Part shown: positions 17,287 to 22,183 of the stretch, in pieces
Numbering within the stretch: position 1 is the stretch's first letter
How the letters are laid out: the number at the start of each line of letters is the position of its first letter
Assembly (NCBI GenBank): GCA_043816005.1
Contig: JBDRIM010000011.1
Coordinates: forward strand, 1-22,183
DNA: 22,183 bases
Source: Candidatus Micrarchaeota archaeon
GTDB lineage: Archaea > Micrarchaeota > Micrarchaeia > Anstonellales > Bilamarchaeaceae
Direction of reading: 5' to 3'
Translations under genes and position numbers: made by a program
Notes under the pieces: model-generated
Seen by the model: only the letters and a program-made list of their open reading frames with translations
Databases searched by the model: none
Told to the model about the DNA's origin: nothing

Positions 17287-18354
17287 TTATAAGTATTCGA
17301 AATCATCACTGCCCCTTACAATTCCAGATTCTTCGGGGTGTGCCTTACCAAGAATATATGGTGATTTAACACCAGTTATTATTGCAGTTACACTAAGTGA
17401 ATCTTTCATAGTCGGACTTACCCTTGCACCCATCTTTATATTAGAACTCTCATCAAAGCTCTGGGTAAGGAGTTCTCCTGTTTTAATTGCATCTCCTAAT
17501 GTGAGGTCAGGACCTCCTTCTAGATGTAATAGACAACCTTTTGCACCTTCGTAATTAACATCAAGTAACGGATGTTCAAGAGTATCTTTTACAACATCTT
17601 CTATTTTATTATGCCCGATTCCATGCCCTAATGAAATCATAGAAAGTCCACCATCTTGCATGACTGTTTTTACATCGGCATAATCAACATTCAAAAGACT
17701 TGGAAACATAATTGTGTCAGAAATACCAGTAACTGCTCTTGTCGTTATCGAATCAGCTAATTCAAATGCCTTGTTCACTGGGAGATTTGGAGCATATGCT
17801 GCTAGTCTATTGTTATCAATAACAACAACAGTATCACATACTTTTACAAGATCCCTTAGGGATTGTTGAGCCTTTTTTATCCTTACTCTCTCAAGAGCAA
17901 ATGGATAGGTAACCATGGCAATTACAATTGCTCCTTGTTCTTTTGCAATTTGTGCAATAATTGGAGCTGCACCACCACCAGTACCACCACCCATACCTGC
18001 ACAAAGGAAAACAAGTTCATTTTCTCCAATCTCTTGCTTCAATAAATCTCGATCTGCATCGGCACATTTTTTAGCAATTTCAAGGTCACCGCCAGCACCA
18101 AGACCGCGAGTTATTGTTCTTCCCAGAAGAAGTTTTTTGTGTGCACCAACCATTTTCAGATGGTTACCGTCTGTATTGATTGCCATTGTTTTAGCACTTT
18201 TGATATCGCCAGTATATATTCTATTTACGCAGTTGCATCCTGCACCACCAACACCAATGACTGAGATACGAATGAGTGATTGCTCAATATCTGATGGGTT
18301 TGGAGTTCCTTCCTTTGCAGCTTTGATTATGTCATCGAACATTAGATCGACCAC
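17287..18354 (-). CDS. ftsZ: Cell division protein FtsZ (FtsZ2-like; likely start ATG 18342)
   Basis: GVGGAGCN, AINTD, GLGAGG, AGMGGGTGGGAAP, PFALERVR, IDNNRL, PSLLNVDYAD; TATATAAAA box at 18390-18398 (-). Confidence 0.96.
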   Translation of the reverse strand: MVDLMFDDIIKAAKEGTPNPSDIEQSLIRISVIGVGGAGCNCVNRIYTGDIKSAKTMAINTDGNHLKMVGAHKKLLLGRTITRGLGAGGDLEIAKKCADADRDLLKQEIGENELVFLCAGMGGGTGGGAAPIIAQIAKEQGAIVIAMVTYPFALERVRIKKAQQSLRDLVKVCDTVVVIDNNRLAAYAPNLPVNKAFELADSITTRAVTGISDTIMFPSLLNVDYADVKTVMQDGGLSMISLGHGIGHNKIEDVVKDTLEHPLLDVNYEGAKGCLLHLEGGPDLTLGDAIKTGELLTQSFDESSNIKMGARVSPTMKDSLSVTAIITGVKSPYILGKAHPEESGIVRGSDDFEYL

Positions 18355-18497
18355 CGTTACAAATAGATCAAATAGAATTAGTAAGTAACTTTTATATACC
18401 TAAAGGACTGGGATATTTTTTTATTTTTCCATCATCCAAAACAAAATTTGCAAACTTTCGCGTTTCGTATTTGTTCGAGCTTGGTTCCAGAACGATG

Positions 18498-18595
18498 TTT
18501 TGCATTTTACGAGCGCTAGCGAGTAAAATTAGCAAAAAAGAAACGGGAAGCCACCGACCATAAGGAGGGATGGGTGGGTGGAAGATGGCCCCCGT
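18498..18595. other. Two adjacent intergenic hairpins (REP-like palindrome, structured RNA or terminator)
   Basis: TTTTGC-ATTTTAC-gagcgctagcga-GTAAAAT-ta-GCAAAA (18498-18537), then a GC-rich stem ACGGG..GCCA...TGGC..CCCGT (18543-18595). Confidence 0.45.
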
Positions 18596-18601
18596 ATAAG
18601 C

Positions 18602-19264
18602 TTATGTTTGAAAATTTTGCATTAGATCATCCAAGGTGCAAATCGTTCCTGGAGTTGCAAATTTAGATGAATCGTATATCCATGGAACACATGATATTTT
18701 TGACGATGGAACTTGTGAATAGTCAGGGGCCGAATAACCAGACGTTGTTTCGCCGGTTGATTCTTGTTGGTCAATTGACAGCCAATCGCATCCAGGAAAC
18801 AGAACACCCTCTGCACAACCAAGGTAATATGTACCTTGTTTGGATACACCCAACATTTTAGTACATGCTGGGCTTTCAGGAGTGTTGATTTCAGTTCGCA
18901 TATCTTGACTGCCTTTCATATATACTTTCATAACGGTTGTTTGGCCTTCGTATGTTGATTCTATAGTACATTCCAAAGGAATTCCAAGTGTAACAAGTGC
19001 TGCGTAATCTTTTCCAACTAGATCATTTTGATCATCCGGAACTGATGGTGGTTGATCATCTGGAACGGACGGTGGTTGATCATCTTGTGGAGGAAGTGGG
19101 GGTGTATCATCTGGAACTGAAGGCGGAGTTTGGTTGTCTTGTGGTTGTGTTGGCGGTAAATTATTCGGTGTTGATGGAGTAGTTCCATTTTGTGGAGGAG
19201 CAACACAACCAACAATAAAAATAAAAACAATTGCGAAAATTAACAACGATTTTATGGAATTCAT
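18602..19264 (-). CDS. Putative lipoprotein with a Pro/Asp/Gln-rich linker and a Cys-containing C-terminal domain
   Basis: MNSIKSLLIFAIVFIFIVGC lipobox; PPSVPDD repeats; 6 Cys in the C-terminal domain. Confidence 0.85.
   Translation of the reverse strand: MNSIKSLLIFAIVFIFIVGCVAPPQNGTTPSTPNNLPPTQPQDNQTPPSVPDDTPPLPPQDDQPPSVPDDQPPSVPDDQNDLVGKDYAALVTLGIPLECTIESTYEGQTTVMKVYMKGSQDMRTEINTPESPACTKMLGVSKQGTYYLGCAEGVLFPGCDWLSIDQQESTGETTSGYSAPDYSQVPSSKISCVPWIYDSSKFATPGTICTLDDLMQNFQT
19031..19129 (-). repeat. Intragenic 24-27-bp tandem repeat (4 units) encoding (Q/T)PPSVPDD-like peptides
   Basis: ATCATC-started units at 19031, 19055, 19079 and 19106. Confidence 0.8.
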
Positions 19265-19348
19265 GGTATGGAAACATGTTTAATGTTTAAAAATGTGATG
19301 TGAACGCAAACAGTTGGTTTTTTATTTAAATCAAGACCTTAGTTATAC

Positions 19349-20269
19349 ATGTTAGAAACCACATTCTTTAATAAAAAAATCAAAACCCCGATTTTCCTTG
19401 CGTCGGGCATTCTAGGGATGACTAAAGGAAGTCTTGAAACAGCATGCGACAATGGTTGTGGTGGTGTAATAGCAAAATCACTAACATTAGAACCAAGAAA
19501 AGGACATGAAGGACCGAACATAGTTGAGGTTGAATGTGGATTGCTAAATGCAATGGGTTATCCAAATCCAGGTATTGATTATGGATTGAATGAATTTGGC
19601 AACTGGAATAGAGATGAGGCATTAGTTATTAGTATAGTTGGAAAGGATGTGAAAGAATTTGGATTGCTTGCAGAAAAAGTTGAAGCAGTTAAAAAAACTC
19701 TAGGTGCAAGTGCGGTTGAAGCAGTATTATCTTGCCCTCATACTCCAGGATATGGAAGCATGGCCGGCCAAGGAACTCCTGAATCAATTGCTGAAATTGT
19801 TGGTGCTGTAAAAGATAAATGCAGCCTACCACTTATAATAAAATTATCACCATCAATTCCAGGAGAGGGAACGGCTGCTGAAGCTGCCCAAAATGCAGGT
19901 GCGGATGCAATAAATATGGGAAATTCTCTCGGACCTGGAATGAAAATAGATATTAACAGAAAAAAACCTGTTCTTGGTTTTGGTGTTGGTGGATTAACAG
20001 GACCAGCCATAAAACCAATAATTTTGAGATGTGTATATGACATTTATAAGACAGTAAAAATTCCAATTATTGCAACGGGGGGCATATCAACTGGTGAAGA
20101 TGCAATTGAAATGATAATGGCCGGTGCAACATGGGTGAGTGTTGGTAGTGTTGTTTATTATAGGGGGCCACGCGCATTTACAGATATAGCAAAGGAAATG
20201 AAAAATTGGCTTGTAGGAAATGATTACAACTTAGAAAAGATAAAAGGTGCTGCACATGAAAAAGTATGA
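19349..20269 (+). CDS. pyrD: Dihydroorotate dehydrogenase family 1B, catalytic subunit
   Basis: PIFLASG, AKSLT, LLNAMGYPNPG, catalytic LSCPH, IKLSP, GGLTGPAIKP, IIATGGI. Confidence 0.95.
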   Translation: MLETTFFNKKIKTPIFLASGILGMTKGSLETACDNGCGGVIAKSLTLEPRKGHEGPNIVEVECGLLNAMGYPNPGIDYGLNEFGNWNRDEALVISIVGKDVKEFGLLAEKVEAVKKTLGASAVEAVLSCPHTPGYGSMAGQGTPESIAEIVGAVKDKCSLPLIIKLSPSIPGEGTAAEAAQNAGADAINMGNSLGPGMKIDINRKKPVLGFGVGGLTGPAIKPIILRCVYDIYKTVKIPIIATGGISTGEDAIEMIMAGATWVSVGSVVYYRGPRAFTDIAKEMKNWLVGNDYNLEKIKGAAHEKV

Positions 20270-21059
20270 TATTAATAACAAAATTTACACAAACAAAGTG
20301 AAAAAAATTGTTGAGGAGAACTACAGAGTTAAATCAATTGAGATAGAACACGAGGCACCCAATGCATTGCCAGGTCAATTTTTGATGGTTTGGATCCCGG
20401 GAATTGGAGAACGACCTATGAGTATTGGGAATGGTACGCCATTAACTGTTTCGGTAGCAAATGTTGGAAAATTTTCTGCTGAAATGTGTAAACTTAATGT
20501 AGGAGATTTGATATCTTATCGCGGGCCTTTCGGAAGACCATTTTCCATTCCAGAAAAAGCAAAACAAATTTTGGTTGTTGGTGGTGGTTATGGAGTTGTT
20601 CCATTATATTATCTTTCAAAAGTGGCACGTGAAAGTAAGATAGATTCTGTTGCAGTAATTGGTAGCAGAACTGAGAAGGATATAATTTACCAAAAACATC
20701 TTTTTGCTGTTTGTAATGAGGTTTTTATTACAACAGATGATGGATCAAAAGGGAGAAAGGGTACGGTAATGATTGACGTAGATGAAATGCTGGTGAAGAA
20801 AAAATTTGATTGTGTTTACGCATGCGGTCCTGAAAAAATGATGTATGCAGTTGCACAGGCATGTAGACAACAAAGAGTACCCTGTCAAGTGAGTTTGGAA
20901 AGATATATGAAATGTGGAACTGGTGTTTGTGGATCTTGTGCGATAAATGGAAAATTTGTATGTGTTGATGGACCTGTTTTTACAGCAGATGAAGCATTTT
21001 CATTGTCTGATTTTGGAAAGAGACATAGGGATACAACAGGTCAGAATCTTGATTGGTGA
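20256..21059 (+). CDS. pyrK: Dihydroorotate dehydrogenase electron transfer subunit
   Basis: PGQFLMVW..ERPMS, RGPFGRPF, VGGGYGVVP, YACGPEKMM, 2Fe-2S motif MKCGTGVCGSC...VCVDGPVF; ATG 20256 chosen over GTG 20247. Confidence 0.95.
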   Translation: MKKYDINNKIYTNKVKKIVEENYRVKSIEIEHEAPNALPGQFLMVWIPGIGERPMSIGNGTPLTVSVANVGKFSAEMCKLNVGDLISYRGPFGRPFSIPEKAKQILVVGGGYGVVPLYYLSKVARESKIDSVAVIGSRTEKDIIYQKHLFAVCNEVFITTDDGSKGRKGTVMIDVDEMLVKKKFDCVYACGPEKMMYAVAQACRQQRVPCQVSLERYMKCGTGVCGSCAINGKFVCVDGPVFTADEAFSLSDFGKRHRDTTGQNLDW

Positions 21060-21391
21060 GATTTATTTTTCCAAAAATAATAATAGAGGATAAAATTACA
21101 GAGATCGCAGGACGTGTTTGGTATCCAGTAGATGTGGCAAAAATCAACAATCAGATAGTTAGACTTGCTTTATTCAAAGGAGAATACCACTGGCACAAAC
21201 ATAATAATGAAGAACTTTTCCATGTTATTGAGAGAGATTACTGTGCAGATGACCCCCCTCAATCCGATATAAAACTTAAAAAGGGTGAAATGATGGTTGT
21301 TCCAAAAGGTGTAGAACATTGCACAAAAAGTTCTGTCGATAGTTATGTTTTGATGTTCGAACCTTTTTCTTTGGAAAGTAAAGGAGATTAA
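21053..21391 (+). CDS. Cupin-domain protein, possibly degenerate
   Basis: GEYHWHKH..EELFHV and LKKGEMMVVPKGVEH cupin motifs; start codon uncertain; apparent short frame-shifted segment. Confidence 0.75.
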   Translation: MVRFIFPKIIIEDKITEIAGRVWYPVDVAKINNQIVRLALFKGEYHWHKHNNEELFHVIERDYCADDPPQSDIKLKKGEMMVVPKGVEHCTKSSVDSYVLMFEPFSLESKGD

Positions 21392-21393
21392 GT

Positions 21394-21442
21394 TTTGGCC
21401 ATACTGAGGTAGTACCAAAAAATTGGTAGCTACTTATAAATA
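21394..21442 (+). promoter_or_regulatory. Imperfect hairpin after the cupin gene and TATA box for ribB-ribC
   Basis: TTTTGG...TACT-gaggt-AGTA-CCAAAA (about 21394-21420); TTATAAATA at 21434-21442, about 30 nt before the ribB ATG. Confidence 0.45.
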
Positions 21443-21472
21443 GGTAGAGTGAGATAGAAATATTAGATAATT

Positions 21473-22096
21473 ATGGATTCTGTTGAAAACGCAGTAGCCG
21501 AGCTTAAGAAAGGCAATTTTATTCTTGTTTATGATGGAGATGACCGCGAGGGAGAAGCAGATCTTATTATTCCTGCTAAATTTGTCACTCCTAAAAAAGT
21601 TGAAACCATGCGAAAGGATGGTGGAGGATTGATTTGCGCAGCAATTAACCAGAATAGAGCTGATGAGATAGGTTTGCCATTTTTTACAGATCTTCTAGAT
21701 AAAAACAAACTGAATAAAATGCGCTGTAAAAAAACTGCATACGGAGACAAACCAGCATTTTCTATTCCTATAAATTATTGTGGAGTTTACACTGGAATAA
21801 CTGATAATGATCGCGCACTTACGCTCACAAAATTAGATGATACCATAACAAAAAACATTACAAAATTCAAAAAAGAATTTTATACCCCAGGACATATTTT
21901 TCTTCTGATCGGACGCGGTTTAGTAAATAGAAGAGGGCATACCGAACTCGCACTTGAACTTGGTAGACGGGCAAATTTTGAAGTAATGGTCTTATGTGAA
22001 GTGCTTGGAAAAGGAAATGCGCTTTCCAAAATTAAAGTGAAGAATTATGCTAAAAAAAATGGGTTGGAATTTATTGAAGGTAAGGATGTGAAATGA
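21473..22096 (+). CDS. ribB: 3,4-dihydroxy-2-butanone-4-phosphate synthase
   Basis: VYDGDDREGEADL, DGGGLICAA, TGITDNDRALT, FYTPGHIFLL, RRGHTELAL, VLCE. Confidence 0.95.
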   Translation: MDSVENAVAELKKGNFILVYDGDDREGEADLIIPAKFVTPKKVETMRKDGGGLICAAINQNRADEIGLPFFTDLLDKNKLNKMRCKKTAYGDKPAFSIPINYCGVYTGITDNDRALTLTKLDDTITKNITKFKKEFYTPGHIFLLIGRGLVNRRGHTELALELGRRANFEVMVLCEVLGKGNALSKIKVKNYAKKNGLEFIEGKDVK

Positions 22097-22183
22097 ATGA
22101 AAATTGGAATTGTTGATACAACATTTGCTAGGGTGAATATGGGTGGAATTGCCATCGATGAATTGAAGAAAACACATCCCGAA
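22097..22183 (+). CDS. ribC: Archaeal-type riboflavin synthase, N-terminal 29 aa (truncated by the window)
   Basis: Translated by hand: MKIGIVDTTFARVNMGGIAIDELKKTHPE. GIVDTTFARVxM is the N-terminal signature of the archaeal lumazine-synthase-fold riboflavin synthase. Abuts the ribB stop. Confidence 0.88.
   Translation, partial: MKIGIVDTTFARVNMGGIAIDELKKTHPE

Noticed and set aside
19031..19129. CRISPR-like periodic repeat
   Set aside because: Units are contiguous, in frame and encode a Pro-rich linker; there are no unique spacers.

Overview
AT-rich archaeal chromosomal region. Class I CCA enzyme, GatDE, AglB, FtsZ and archaeal-type RibC establish it as archaeal. Compact spacing and the gene set suggest a DPANN, Micrarchaeota-like genome, which is an inference. 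Gene order: partial surface lipoprotein (-, missed by the ORF track), cca (-), a 755-aa membrane protein with a probable C-terminal Roadblock/LC7-like domain (+), an orphan (+), gyrB-gyrA (+), a RelE-family toxin-antitoxin pair (-), a tightly packed ftsZ-aglB-gatD-gatE-YkgJ-family run (-), a Pro-rich lipoprotein (-), pyrD-pyrK-cupin (+) and ribB-ribC (+, ribC truncated). The most unusual feature is a ~110-120-bp GC-rich, multi-stem palindromic element present three times (~4402-4510 inverted, ~9735-9850, ~10505-10620), with compensatory base changes between copies. One copy is translated in frame inside the YkgJ-family gene. Two copies lie within a 170-bp direct repeat (9 mismatches) that brackets the toxin-antitoxin cassette as a 770-bp unit with no recombinase nearby. 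No CRISPR array, tRNA, rRNA, transposase or reverse transcriptase is visible.
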